From IMG/VR virus record IMGVR_UViG_3300046823_000207, positions 1-38,868 of that record: a stretch of DNA of 38,868 nt; one strand, 5' to 3'. Origin of the DNA: a virus. Its lineage: Duplodnaviria > Caudoviricetes. The notes below the pieces were generated by a model, which did no database searches, was not told the origin of the DNA, and saw nothing but the letters and a program-made list of their open reading frames with translations. The position numbers were made by a program, and so were the translations under genes. Shown here piece by piece: positions 1 through 9,923 of this stretch; position 1 is the first letter of the stretch, and every line of letters starts with the position of its first letter.

Positions 1-117
1 AACCCACGCGCGAAGAGCTGGCAGCAGCTCGTCGCCGAGCAGGCGCAGACTGTGGCCGGCGACGTGTTTCTCGGCGCCGTCGTCCTGACGGTGACGTTCT
101 TCTTGCCGCGCCCGGTC
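1..117. repeat. Terminal direct repeat A, identical to 38319-38435 inside rusA
   Basis: Base-by-base identity of aacccacgcg...gcccggtc at both places; the copies diverge afterwards. Confidence 0.95.
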
Positions 118-245
118 ACGCTTGGTCGGTTTCTCGACTATGCCGAGGACAGTCCGTTCGAGGACTGGATTCGCGACGTGGGCACGCCGCCGATAGACCC
201 ACCCACGGTGCATCGGCGCTCAGAGATCGAGGGACTGCGCCAACG

Positions 246-308
246 GCTCGTCAGCGTGGAAGGCTGAGACTTATGAGTAAACGCCGCAACGGAGTCGACA
301 AAGCGATC
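246..308. repeat. Terminal direct repeat B, identical to 38806-38868
   Basis: gctcgtcagcgtggaaggctga...aagcgatc occurs here and as the last 63 nt of the window. Confidence 0.95.
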
Positions 309-476
309 GAAAGCGTCCAGAACAAGATCCTTGCGCTGAAGATGGCGCTCGAGGAGCTCGAGCAGCAACGCGGCGACGCCGTTGTCCCGCCGCCCCTGGT
401 GACCCGACGTCACCGGGCGCGACCCACGCCGTCGACCATCAACTTCGACGAGCCCGTGAAAGGCAGCCACTCGTGA
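273..476 (+). CDS. Hypothetical protein with short coiled coil
   Basis: ATG start, amphipathic helix, stop overlaps the next start (GTGA). Confidence 0.7.
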   Translation: MSKRRNGVDKAIESVQNKILALKMALEELEQQRGDAVVPPPLVTRRHRARPTPSTINFDEPVKGSHS

Positions 477-688
477 GCCGCCGGCACACCCTCACGACGC
501 TCGAGCTCGCGCGCGCGATTGCCGATGCCGTCCTCGCCAGCAATCGGCCGCGGCACCGGGACAGCACGACCGATGCCCCGACGCAAGCCGTGCTCGAGAC
601 GCTGCGGCAGACCGGGTCGTGGTTCATGACGGCGAAACACGATCGGGACGGGATCGCGCGCGGCGACACGTGGAGGCCGCTGCCATGA
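473..688 (+). CDS. Hypothetical protein
   Basis: Translationally coupled at both ends (GTGA, ATGA). Confidence 0.6.
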   Translation: MSRRHTLTTLELARAIADAVLASNRPRHRDSTTDAPTQAVLETLRQTGSWFMTAKHDRDGIARGDTWRPLP

Positions 689-1101
689 TGCACGTCCCCG
701 AATACGCGCGCGACACGACGCACCCGCAGCTCGGCTCCGATCGCTCCTACGGCGATAACGGCGTCTTCGACGTCGAGTCCTGCGAGCCGGGCTGGCGTCT
801 GGCCATCATTGCGAGCGACGGCACCGATCCGCAGGTGCCCGAGTGCCGCGGCTGGGAACACGTGAGTGTGCACGCCTATCGCCGCGCCGGCGCGCAACTG
901 CGGACGCCGACCTGGCGCGAGATGTGCGCGGTCAAGGAACTCTTCTGGGACGCCGAGGACGTGGTCATGCAGCTGCATCCGCGGCGCTCGGAATACGTGA
1001 ACCAGCATCCGTTCGTGCTGCACCTGTGGCGGCACGCGCGGATTCCGAGCCCGCCGCCGATCCTGGTCGGCATACGGCAGGCGCACACTAGGGACCGCTA
1101 A
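685..1101 (+). CDS. Conserved phage protein (DUF7694-like)
   Basis: GWEHVSV...PTWxEMCxVKxLFW...QLHP..SEYVNxHPxxLHLWR signature; GGAGG upstream of ATG 685. Confidence 0.8.
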   Translation: MMHVPEYARDTTHPQLGSDRSYGDNGVFDVESCEPGWRLAIIASDGTDPQVPECRGWEHVSVHAYRRAGAQLRTPTWREMCAVKELFWDAEDVVMQLHPRRSEYVNQHPFVLHLWRHARIPSPPPILVGIRQAHTRDR

Positions 1102-1106
1102 CCCCA

Positions 1107-1517
1107 ATGCCCACCGCGTCACCTCGCCTCTGCGCACGCGGCCACGTGGTCAGTGGCGGTGGCCGGTGCCCGACGTGCGACCGCCGCCGTGGCACGGCGC
1201 ACGCGCGTGGCTACGACCGTGACTGGCTCACCTTCCGGCCGCACTTCCTCGCCCAGCTGGTCTGGGCTGGGGTCCTCCCGGTGTGTGGTGCCGCCTTACC
1301 GACCGGCCCGCATACCACCGACAGTGCCTGCCAGGCCGCCGGTCTGTTCACGTTCACCAGTGCGGACGGCTCGAGCCTGCACGTGGATCACGAGCCGCCG
1401 CTCACCGACGATGAGCGACGCAACACGCGCGCGGTGTGCGACGTGAGGCGCGTGCAGCTGCTCTGTGTCGCGTGTCATTTGGCGAAGACGCGGCGCGAGA
1501 CGGGTGGGGGGGCCTGA
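1107..1517 (+). CDS. HNH endonuclease associated with packaging
   Basis: ARGYDRDW, VDH, LCVACHLAKT motifs; lies directly before terS as in HK97-like cos phages. Confidence 0.85.
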   Translation: MPTASPRLCARGHVVSGGGRCPTCDRRRGTAHARGYDRDWLTFRPHFLAQLVWAGVLPVCGAALPTGPHTTDSACQAAGLFTFTSADGSSLHVDHEPPLTDDERRNTRAVCDVRRVQLLCVACHLAKTRRETGGGA

Positions 1518-1610
1518 AAGTTAATGGCGAGCGAGGCCGTCCGAAACCCGGCCGGGTCTTCAACATGCGTGGATGGGTCAAACGGATCCGATCCCCGGGA
1601 AATTTGACTG
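1500..1610. other. Probable cos region
   Basis: G-run at the HNH stop followed by an intergenic gap before terS, the usual cos position; exact overhang not determinable. Confidence 0.4.
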
Positions 1611-2105
1611 ATGCCCAGGGGAGGTCACGTCAAGAGCGGGCCGGCCGTCAAGGACGCCGCGACGCGCGCGCTGCACGGGAGCCGCGACCGGCCGCAGCAT
1701 CGGACGAAGGGGGACGCCGGCGCGGCGATGATCGTCTGCGCGCCGTCCCCGCCGGGCCTCTCGCGGGCGGAGCGGGGCTTCTGGACGTACTACGCGCCGC
1801 TGCTCGCCGCGGAGCACCGGCTCACGCTGAAGGCGCGCGACACGCTGGCGAAGTATTGCACCGCCCTGGCCGTCGTCGCGGACTTGCGGCGGCGCTGGGG
1901 GTCCCGGCGGGCGGCGGATCGGGCGGACCGGTCGGCCACACTGAAAGAGCTCCGGCAGTGGGTGCTCGCGAGCCGGCTCTACGAGAACGACCTGATTCTC
2001 AATCCGGCGTCCGCGATTCGGGCGCCGAAGGTGAGTGGCGGCGAGGGGCCGCCGGTGCAGGGGGACGCGCTGAGCGATTTCGATGATGACGCCGCCGTCA
2101 ACTAA
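1611..2105 (+). CDS. terS: Terminase small subunit (P27-like)
   Basis: PPGLS..ERGFW, D..LAKYC, LILNPAS motifs; position before terL. Confidence 0.8.
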   Translation: MPRGGHVKSGPAVKDAATRALHGSRDRPQHRTKGDAGAAMIVCAPSPPGLSRAERGFWTYYAPLLAAEHRLTLKARDTLAKYCTALAVVADLRRRWGSRRAADRADRSATLKELRQWVLASRLYENDLILNPASAIRAPKVSGGEGPPVQGDALSDFDDDAAVN

Positions 2106-3843
2106 CCCGGTCGATGCCTACGCGCGGCGCGTGGTGGCGGGCGAGCGGCCGGCGGGCAAGTATCATCGCCTGGCCTGCGCGCGCCATCTGCGCGACCGCG
2201 CGCGCGAGGGGATGCCGGGGTTTCCGTTCCGGTTCGTGTGGGAGGCGCGGGACGCCCGCGGCCGGCTGAAGCCCTGCGCGCTGCGCTTCCTCGACTTCGC
2301 GCGCCAGGCCAAGCACTACAAGGGCCGCCAGTGGGCCGGGCACCTCTTCGAGCCGACGGAGAGTCAAGTCTTCCGTCTCGGGTCGATCTTCGGCTGGCGA
2401 CATATCGAGACGGGCTATCGGCGGTTCACGACCGCCTACAACGAGCTGCCGCGCAAGCAGGGGAAGTCCTTCGAGGCGGCGATCGTGGCCATCTATGCCG
2501 TGTTCTTCGAGGGCGAACCTGGCGCGGAGGGTTACGTCATCGCGACGAAGGAGAAGCAGGCCAAAATCGTCTTCAACGACGCGAAGAAACTCGTCGCAAT
2601 CACGCCGGCGCTGCTGGCGCGCATCACGGTGAGTGCGGCGAATCTGCATCGCGACGAGACCTCGAGCAAGCTCGAGCCCCTCGGGTCCGACTCGGATACG
2701 ACGGACGGCCTGAACCCGTATGTGATCGTCGTCGACGAGCTCCACGCGTTCAAGGTGCGCGACCTACTCGACGTGATGGAGAGCGCGACCGGCGCGCGCG
2801 ACACGTTCCTGAATTTCCAGATTACGACTGCGGGCAACGACCTCGTGTCGCCGTGCGGCGACCAGCACGACTACGCGTGCAAGATTCTCGACGGGGTCCT
2901 CGAGGACGATGCCTCGACGCTGGCGTTCTTTGCGTTCATTGCCCACGCCGACGTCGACGATGACTGGCTCGACGAGCGGACGTGGCAGAAGGCGAATCCG
3001 CACTTCGGCCTCTCGGTGAATCCCGACGACCTGCGCAAGCTCGCGCTCAAGGCGAAGAACATGCCGAGCGCCGCGGCGGAGTTCAAGCAGAAGCGGCTGA
3101 ACCTCTGGGTGAATACGAACGCGCCCTGGTTGTCGCTCGACGGCTGGCGGCACGGGCAAACGGTCTGGTCGACCGACAGTCACTTCGCGATTCCCGAGGA
3201 CTTGCGCGGCCGGCCGTGCTGCCTCGGCATCGATCTGAGTTCGAAGATCGATCTCACGGCGATCGTGGCCGCGTTTCCGCCGGTCGCGGAGGGGAGTGAC
3301 CGCCGATGGCGCCTGGTCGTGTGGGCGTTGACGCCGGCAGACACGGTGGACGAGCGGGCATTGCGGGACCGGGCGCCGTATCGGGTGTGGATCGAGCGCG
3401 GCTTCCTGCGGACGAACCCGGGCAACCGCATCGACCAGGGCGTCGTGGTGGACATCATTCGCGAGGCCGTGGCGCGCTTCGATGTGCAGCAGATCGGGTT
3501 CGATCCGTGGAATGCCGGTAATCTCGAGCAGGACCTGCAGGCGGAAGGGTTCCCGGTCGTCGAGATTCCGCAGACGCTCGCGCAGATGAGTGGGCCGTCG
3601 AAAGACTTCGAAGCCGACGTCCTCGACGGCCTCGTTGACGCCGGCGGCCATCCGTTAATGGCGTGGTGCATCAGCAACGTCGTGGTGCAGCGGGACGGGA
3701 AAGACAACATCTACCCGGTCAAGAAGAAAAGCCGCGGACGGATCGACCCGGTGATCGCGGCGTTGATGGCGCGCAAGCTCGCGACGCTGCCGCCGGAGTC
3801 CGAGCCGGAATACCAGATGTTTGTGGTCGGGGGTGCGCGATGA
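2083..3843 (+). CDS. terL: Terminase large subunit
   Basis: Walker A PRKQGKS, Walker B IVVDELH, ITTAG coupling motif, nuclease GIDLS, FDPWN and RIDP. Confidence 0.97.
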   Translation: MMTPPSTNPVDAYARRVVAGERPAGKYHRLACARHLRDRAREGMPGFPFRFVWEARDARGRLKPCALRFLDFARQAKHYKGRQWAGHLFEPTESQVFRLGSIFGWRHIETGYRRFTTAYNELPRKQGKSFEAAIVAIYAVFFEGEPGAEGYVIATKEKQAKIVFNDAKKLVAITPALLARITVSAANLHRDETSSKLEPLGSDSDTTDGLNPYVIVVDELHAFKVRDLLDVMESATGARDTFLNFQITTAGNDLVSPCGDQHDYACKILDGVLEDDASTLAFFAFIAHADVDDDWLDERTWQKANPHFGLSVNPDDLRKLALKAKNMPSAAAEFKQKRLNLWVNTNAPWLSLDGWRHGQTVWSTDSHFAIPEDLRGRPCCLGIDLSSKIDLTAIVAAFPPVAEGSDRRWRLVVWALTPADTVDERALRDRAPYRVWIERGFLRTNPGNRIDQGVVVDIIREAVARFDVQQIGFDPWNAGNLEQDLQAEGFPVVEIPQTLAQMSGPSKDFEADVLDGLVDAGGHPLMAWCISNVVVQRDGKDNIYPVKKKSRGRIDPVIAALMARKLATLPPESEPEYQMFVVGGAR

Positions 3844-4058
3844 ATGACAAACGACCTCCGGGTCGACCGCCGAGTGTGTATGGGACTGGCGCGACCGCGC
3901 GCGTCCAGGTGCGCGTCTCGCCGGCGGTGCAGCTCGAGCTCCGGCGCGTCGCGACGGCGTCGGGCACCGACGTCTCGAATGTGCTGCGCGATTTGATTGA
4001 CGATTGCGTCGAAGGCCGGCGCCCGCTGGTATTCTGTACTCCAAAACTCAAGGGCTGA
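3840..4058 (+). CDS. Ribbon-helix-helix DNA-binding protein
   Basis: PGRPP arm, VQVRV strand, two helices separated by G (ASGTDVSNVLRDLI); ATGA overlap with terL. Confidence 0.7.
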   Translation: MNDKRPPGRPPSVYGTGATARVQVRVSPAVQLELRRVATASGTDVSNVLRDLIDDCVEGRRPLVFCTPKLKG

Positions 4059-4083
4059 GGCGCAGGCTGTTCGGGCATCAGAC

Positions 4084-6105
4084 ATGCCCGAAGCCGTTTC
4101 ACGTGAAACGCCCCAGCCCGCCGCGCGCCGCGCCTATGCGCGGCTCGAGCTGAAGGCGGTCGACGCCGAGCGCCGCACGCTCACCGGCGTCGCGACCTCC
4201 GCGGCCACGGACCGCTACGGCGACGTCGTCGAACCCGCCGGCGCCGAGTTTGCGCTCCCGCTCCCGCTCCTCTGGCAGCACGACAGCAAGTCCCCGATCG
4301 GCGAGGTCACGCAGGCGCGCCAGGTCGGCGACGCGATCGAGATCACGGCACAGATCGCCAAGACCGACGTGCCCGGCGTGCTGAAAGACCGCCTCGACAT
4401 GGCGTGGCAGTCGATCACGCTGGGTCTGGTGCGCGGCTTGTCGATCGGGTTCATGTCGCTCGAGGACAGCTACGACAAGGTCACCGGCGGCTTGCACTTC
4501 CTGCGGTGGCAGTGGCTCGAGCTCAGTGCCGTGACGATTCCGGCGAACGCCGACGCGTCGATTCACACCATTCGTGCCTACGACACCAGCGACGCGGCCG
4601 CGCCCGGCCCACGCGTGCGCCCGGTCTCCCGTTCACTGTCCGGCGTTTCGGACTCACCGCGCGTCGTCTCGATGCGCTGGAAATCTCCGATGGCCAAGAA
4701 AACATACGGTGAACAGATCAGCGGCTGGGAAGCCACGCGCGCCGCGAAGACCGCGCGCATGGACGAACTGCTGGAAAAGTCCGGCGACGCCGGCGAAACC
4801 CTGACCGAGGACGAGAAGACCGAGCACGACGGGCTCGCGCTCGATGTCAAGGACATCGACGGGCAGCTCGTGCGGCTGCGCGCGGCCGAGAAGCGCGATA
4901 AAGAGGCGGCCGTGCCGGTCCACGGGACCACGATCGAGACCGCGTCGACGTCCCGCACGGGCGTGATGGTGCTGCCGAAGAAGCTCGAGCCCGGCATCCT
5001 GTTCGCGCGCACCGCGATGTGTATGGCGATGGCGCGCGGCAACGAGCTGCAGGCGAAAGAGTACGCGCGGCAAAGCTACGGCGACGACGCCGTGCCGCTC
5101 GTGAAGATGATCGACTACATGACCAAGGCCGCCGTCGGGGCCGGCGCGACGTCGGTGAGCGGGTGGGCGTCGGAAATGGTGCCGTACAACATCATGGACG
5201 ACTTCATCACGTTCCTGCGCCCGGGGACGATTCTCGGCAAGTTCGGCACGACCCAGAACGGCGTGACGTATCCGAGCTTGCGGCGGGTGCCGTTCAACAC
5301 GCGCGTGAGCGGCTTCTCCGCGGGGCTGACGGCGAACTGGGTGGGAGAGGGCTTGCCGGCGCTGCTGAGCAAGGCGACGAGCTTCTTCACCTCGCTGACC
5401 TGGTCGAAAATCGCGGCGCTCGCCGTGCTGACCAAGGAAGAGATCCGCTTCTCGAACCCGAGCGCGGAAGCCAAGGTGCGCGACGACATCGCCGCGGCCA
5501 TCGTGGCGAAACAGGACCGCGACTTTATCGACCCGGCGAAGGCGGCCGTCGCCAACGTGTCGCCGGCCTCGATCACCAACGGGACGACGCCGATCCTGCC
5601 GAGCGGCACGACCGCCGCGCAGCTGCGCACCGACCTGGCGACGCTGCTGGGGACGTTCGCGACCGCGAACCTGTCGCCCGAAGACATCGTGCTCATCATG
5701 TCGACCGTCGACGCGTTGAACATCTCGCTGATGATCACCTCGCTCGGCAACCCGGTTTTCCCGGGCCTGACGATGCAGGGCGGCAACCTGCTCGGCTTCC
5801 CGGTCATCACCACGACCGCGATGGTCGGGGTCGGGTCGCCGGTCTCGAACATCATCGTCGCCGTCAAGGCCGGCGAGGTGTACCTCGCGGACGACGGCGT
5901 CGTGACGGTGGATGCGAGCGACCAGGCCTCGGTCGAGATGGTCGACTCCGGCTCGGCGCAGAGCGGCATCAGCGGCACGGGCGCCTCGCTCGTCTCGTTC
6001 TGGCAGGCCGGTTTGCTCGGCCTGAAGGCGACGCGCGAGATCAACTGGAAGCTGCGGCGCCCGCAGGCGGCCCGCTACATCTACAACTCGGCCTACAAGG
6101 CGTAA
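4084..6105 (+). CDS. Fused HK97-type prohead protease, scaffold domain and major capsid protein
   Basis: LLWQHD, GLSIGF, ELSAVTIPAN protease motifs; coiled-coil region; WVGEG and LLGFPVIT capsid motifs in one frame. Start codon approximate. Confidence 0.92.
   Translation: MPEAVSRETPQPAARRAYARLELKAVDAERRTLTGVATSAATDRYGDVVEPAGAEFALPLPLLWQHDSKSPIGEVTQARQVGDAIEITAQIAKTDVPGVLKDRLDMAWQSITLGLVRGLSIGFMSLEDSYDKVTGGLHFLRWQWLELSAVTIPANADASIHTIRAYDTSDAAAPGPRVRPVSRSLSGVSDSPRVVSMRWKSPMAKKTYGEQISGWEATRAAKTARMDELLEKSGDAGETLTEDEKTEHDGLALDVKDIDGQLVRLRAAEKRDKEAAVPVHGTTIETASTSRTGVMVLPKKLEPGILFARTAMCMAMARGNELQAKEYARQSYGDDAVPLVKMIDYMTKAAVGAGATSVSGWASEMVPYNIMDDFITFLRPGTILGKFGTTQNGVTYPSLRRVPFNTRVSGFSAGLTANWVGEGLPALLSKATSFFTSLTWSKIAALAVLTKEEIRFSNPSAEAKVRDDIAAAIVAKQDRDFIDPAKAAVANVSPASITNGTTPILPSGTTAAQLRTDLATLLGTFATANLSPEDIVLIMSTVDALNISLMITSLGNPVFPGLTMQGGNLLGFPVITTTAMVGVGSPVSNIIVAVKAGEVYLADDGVVTVDASDQASVEMVDSGSAQSGISGTGASLVSFWQAGLLGLKATREINWKLRRPQAARYIYNSAYKA
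4095..4110. promoter_or_regulatory. parS-like palindrome cGTTTCACGTGAAACg
   Basis: Perfect 16-bp palindrome whose inner 14 bp equal the bacterial chromosomal parS consensus. Confidence 0.7.
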
Positions 6106-6117
6106 TTCCCAGGGCGC

Positions 6118-6155
6118 GCGTCGGCCGTCTGCCGCGCTCGGTGGACGGTCGACGC
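6118..6155 (+). other. Long RNA hairpin after the capsid stop
   Basis: 17-bp stem with three G-U pairs and 4-nt loop; no U-tract. Confidence 0.6.
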
Positions 6156-6183
6156 GGGCGTCCCCTGCGTTGAGGGCGACGAC

Positions 6184-6393
6184 ATGCCACTCGAGAACTT
6201 CACTCTCCGCAAGTACCGCGCGCTGAAGGAATGCCCGCAAGGGCAGCTCCCCGGCGAGGTGTTCGAAGCGACCGAAGATGCCGGCGACGTGCTCGTGAGC
6301 GTCGGCGCCGCGGAGCGCGTCGACGACGATCCGCCTTCCGCCACCTCGCCCACCGGCCGCCACAAGCGGCGCGACCTGCGCGCTGAAGACTGA
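6184..6393 (+). CDS. Small head-associated protein
   Basis: GAGGG ribosome-binding site; PGEVFE...LVSVGAAE motif typical of small post-capsid genes; ends at the portal start. Confidence 0.7.
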   Translation: MPLENFTLRKYRALKECPQGQLPGEVFEATEDAGDVLVSVGAAERVDDDPPSATSPTGRHKRRDLRAED

Positions 6394-7763
6394 TGCTCTC
6401 CCCACGGACCGCCCTGCGTCGCTGGCTGGGCGTCGAGAAAGCCGCCCCACCGACCGATCTCATCACGCATATCTCGGGCGGCTGGTGGCCCGTCATCCGT
6501 GAGAGCTTCGCCGGCGCCTGGCAGCGCGGCATCGTCGTCGGCGTCGAAGAGGCGGCGACGCATCCGACGGTGTGGTCTTGCGTGACGCTGATCGCCGGCG
6601 ACATCGCGAAGTGTCGGCCGAAGCTCGTGCTCGAGGACGCCAACGGCATCGAGACCGAAGTCGACAACGCGGCGTACTCGCCGGTCCTCCGGCGGCCGAA
6701 TCACTTCCAGAACCGCATTCAGTTCTACGAGTCGTGGGTGCTCTCGAAGCTGCTGCGCGGCAACGCCTACGCGCTGAAAGTGCGGGACGGCCGCGGCGTC
6801 GTCACCGACCTCTACTTACTCGACCCGATGCGCGTGCAGCCGATGGTGACGCCCGCCGGCGACGTCTACTACGCGCTGCAGCAGGACGTGCTGGCCGGCG
6901 TGACCGAGGCCTCGGTCGTCGTCCCCGCGAGCGAAATCATCCACGACACGATGTATGCGCTCTATCACCCGCTCATCGGGCTGTCGCCGATTTACGCCTG
7001 CGGCCACGCCGCGATGGAAGGCCTGGCGATCATCAACAACGCGACGCAGCTCTTCAAGCACGGATCGCAGATCGGCGGCGTGCTGACCGCGCCCAAAGCG
7101 ATCAGCGCCGAGACCGCCGCGCGGCTCGAGAAGTACTGGCAGGAGAACTACGCCGGCGAAAAGAACATCGGCAAGGTTGCCGTGCTGGGCGACGGCCTGA
7201 CCTTCGAGAAGCCGCCGGTGATGTCGGCGGTCGATGCGCAGCTGATCGATCAACTGCACTGGGGCGACGAAAAGATCTGCGGCGTCTACCACGTGCCGCC
7301 GTTCATGGTCGGCGTCGGCCCGCTCCCCAGCTACAACAACGTCGAGGCGCTCGGCCAGCTCTATTACGGCCAGTGTCTACAGATTCACTTCGAATCGCTC
7401 GAGCTCTGCCTGACCGAAGGCCTCGAGCTGAAATCGCCCTATGAAGTCGAATTCGACATCGAGGCGCTGGATCGCATGGATTCGGTGCAACGGATGGAAG
7501 TCGCGACGAAGGGCGTGATCGGCGGCATCTACAAACCGAACGACGCGCGCAAGAAGTTTAACCTGCCACCGGTGCCAGGCGGCGACCAGGTCTATCTGCA
7601 GAAGCAGAACTGGCCGCTCGAGAAACTCGGCAGCGACAACGTCAAGCCGGTGCCGCCGCCACCGGGCCCGCCGCCGGGGTCGGAGCCGGTGCCGGTCGAC
7701 AAGGCGGACGCCGTCGATTACGCCGAGGTCCTCGACCTGGTGCTGAAGGAGTTCGCGGCATGA
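6393..7763 (+). CDS. Portal protein, HK97 family
   Basis: [50 protein letters not shown]. Confidence 0.96.
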   Translation: MLSPRTALRRWLGVEKAAPPTDLITHISGGWWPVIRESFAGAWQRGIVVGVEEAATHPTVWSCVTLIAGDIAKCRPKLVLEDANGIETEVDNAAYSPVLRRPNHFQNRIQFYESWVLSKLLRGNAYALKVRDGRGVVTDLYLLDPMRVQPMVTPAGDVYYALQQDVLAGVTEASVVVPASEIIHDTMYALYHPLIGLSPIYACGHAAMEGLAIINNATQLFKHGSQIGGVLTAPKAISAETAARLEKYWQENYAGEKNIGKVAVLGDGLTFEKPPVMSAVDAQLIDQLHWGDEKICGVYHVPPFMVGVGPLPSYNNVEALGQLYYGQCLQIHFESLELCLTEGLELKSPYEVEFDIEALDRMDSVQRMEVATKGVIGGIYKPNDARKKFNLPPVPGGDQVYLQKQNWPLEKLGSDNVKPVPPPPGPPPGSEPVPVDKADAVDYAEVLDLVLKEFAA

Positions 7764-8389
7764 CCGAGAGCGAGCGGCTCGCGAACGTGATTAGCGTCGC
7801 GGTGCGCAGCGCGACGGCGCCGCTCTGCGAGCGGCTGACCGTCCTCGAAGCGCGCAGCCTCGTCCCGGGGCCTCCCGGGCCGCCTGGCGAGCGCGGCGCG
7901 GACGGGCCGCCCGGTCCCGCCGGTCCCGAGGGCACACCGGGACGCGATGGGCAGCCGGGCGTGGCCGGCCGCGATGGCGCGCCAGGCGCCCGGGGTGAGC
8001 CAGGCGTGAACGGGTCCAACGGCGTGCCCGGGCGCGACGGCACGCTCGAGGCGCTCCGCGTCGAGTCGCTCGACGAGCGCACCATCCGCCTCGTCCGCGC
8101 CGACGGGACGCCCGTGCTGGGCAGCGAGCTCACCTTCGCCGTGCCGCTCGACGAGGGCGTCTTCAAGGCCGACCAGAGCTACGCCCGCGGCGCCGGCGTG
8201 ACGCACGCGGGGTCGTTCTGGATTGCCCAACGCGCCACCCACGGGGCGCAGGAGCGCCCGGGCGACGGCTCCGGGGCCTGGCGCCTGGCCGTCAAGGCGG
8301 GCCGCCAGGGGGCCGAGGGGAAGGCCGGGCCGGCCGGTCCGCGCGGGCCGGCGGGTGAGCCGGGGCCGCCCGGAAGGACCTACGCGTGA
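7760..8389 (+). CDS. Collagen-like virion fibre protein
   Basis: Two Gly-X-Y tracts flanking a [16 protein letters not shown] module resembling small carbohydrate-binding domains. Confidence 0.85.
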   Translation: MTESERLANVISVAVRSATAPLCERLTVLEARSLVPGPPGPPGERGADGPPGPAGPEGTPGRDGQPGVAGRDGAPGARGEPGVNGSNGVPGRDGTLEALRVESLDERTIRLVRADGTPVLGSELTFAVPLDEGVFKADQSYARGAGVTHAGSFWIAQRATHGAQERPGDGSGAWRLAVKAGRQGAEGKAGPAGPRGPAGEPGPPGRTYA

Positions 8390-9009
8390 CCCCGTCTGTC
8401 CCGCGCCGGTGGCCCGGCGCGACGATCGTCTGCCTCGGCGGCGGCCCGAGCCTGACGCCGGCCGACGTCGACGCGGTGCACGCGGCCGGGCTGCACACGA
8501 TCGCCATCAACGACGCCTACCGGCTCGCGCCGTGGGCCGACGTGCTCTACGCCTGCGATCAGCAGTGGTGGACGTGGCACGCCGGCGTGCCGTCGTTTAC
8601 CGGCCCGCGCTACGCCCTCGCGGCGTCGATTCCGATTACCTGGCCCGACATCGTGGTGCTCGAGAACACCGGCTGGACCGGCCTCGAGCTCGCGCCGACG
8701 GGCCTGCGCGCCGGCCACAATAGCGGCTACCAGGCGGTCAACCTCGCCGTGCATCTCGGCGCGGCGCGGGTGCTCCTGCTCGGCTACGACCTGGGGCCCG
8801 ATGGGGCGCTGACGCATTGGTTCGGCGACCACCCGAGCCTGGTGCCGTCGCCGTATGCCGAGATGCGGGCGGCCTTCGAGACGCTCGTGGCGCCGCTCGC
8901 GGCGATCGGCGTCGAGGTGCTCAACTGTTCGCGGCGGACGGCGCTGACGGCGTTCCCCTGCGTGGCGCTCGAGGACGCGCTCGCCGAGGCGACGGAGCGG
9001 GTCGCATGA
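8386..9009 (+). CDS. Maf/MptE-like (sialyltransferase-fold) putative glycosyltransferase
   Basis: [34 protein letters not shown] motif series. Confidence 0.7.
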   Translation: MTPSVPRRWPGATIVCLGGGPSLTPADVDAVHAAGLHTIAINDAYRLAPWADVLYACDQQWWTWHAGVPSFTGPRYALAASIPITWPDIVVLENTGWTGLELAPTGLRAGHNSGYQAVNLAVHLGAARVLLLGYDLGPDGALTHWFGDHPSLVPSPYAEMRAAFETLVAPLAAIGVEVLNCSRRTALTAFPCVALEDALAEATERVA

Positions 9010-9923
9010 CGCGCGTCTTCGGGGTCGACTACCAGTTTCTCTCGTGCGGCGATGTGTTCACCGAGGGCCTGGCGCACGCCGCCGCGGATCTCGGCCTCGC
9101 GTATGCCCATGCCGACTGGGCGGCGCCCGATCTCGGGTTCCAGATCGAGACGTTCGCGCCCGACCTGATCCTGGTCGTCCACGGCCGCCGCTTCGCGCAG
9201 CGGTTCCCGAACCTGAAGGGCTTCGGTGTGCCGCGCGCCGTCTGGCTGCTCGACGAACCGTATGAAGTCGACGACACCGCGACGTTTTCCTCGCGCTTCG
9301 ATTACGTGTTCGTGAACGACATCGCGTCCCTGGCCCGGCACCCGCGGGCCGCGCTGCTGCCGGTCTGCTACGACCCGCACGTCCACGTGGGCGCGGCCCA
9401 TCCCCGTCCGTTCCGCGTCGGCTTCATCGGCGGCGGCAATCCGGCTCGCGACCACGTGCTCGGCGCCCTCGCGCGCGCCGGACAGCTCGACTACGTCGTC
9501 GGTGGCGCGTGGGATGACCCCGACGTGGCCCGGCGCTGCGTGAGTGCCGGCGTCATCGCGCGCGAGACGGCGCGCTACTACCAGAGCACGCGCGTCGTCG
9601 TCAACGTCTTCCGCGATCGGCACCATTTCAACCGCGAGGCGATCCCGGCGACGGCGATGAACCCGCGCATCTACGAGGCGCTCGCGTGCGGCGCCCTGGT
9701 CGTCAGCGAACCGCGCCCCGAGCTGTACGCGCGCGTGCCGCAGCTGCCGACGTTCACGCACGCCGACGAGGCGGTGGCGATCGTCGCGGATCTGCTCGCG
9801 CCGGCGGCGGCTGAGGAGGTCGAGCGCCTCCGGGGCCGCTGTGCCGCAGCGCTCGCCGGCGACACCTACGCGGCGCGCCTGCAGACCGTGCTCGCGGTCG
9901 TGGGCGCGCAGGTGGCCGCATGA
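9006..9923 (+). CDS. GT-B glycosyltransferase (CgeB/YkvP-like)
   Basis: WLLDEPY, DYVFVND, VGFIGG, NPRIYEALACG, TYAAR motifs. Confidence 0.85.
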   Translation: MTRVFGVDYQFLSCGDVFTEGLAHAAADLGLAYAHADWAAPDLGFQIETFAPDLILVVHGRRFAQRFPNLKGFGVPRAVWLLDEPYEVDDTATFSSRFDYVFVNDIASLARHPRAALLPVCYDPHVHVGAAHPRPFRVGFIGGGNPARDHVLGALARAGQLDYVVGGAWDDPDVARRCVSAGVIARETARYYQSTRVVVNVFRDRHHFNREAIPATAMNPRIYEALACGALVVSEPRPELYARVPQLPTFTHADEAVAIVADLLAPAAAEEVERLRGRCAAALAGDTYAARLQTVLAVVGAQVAA

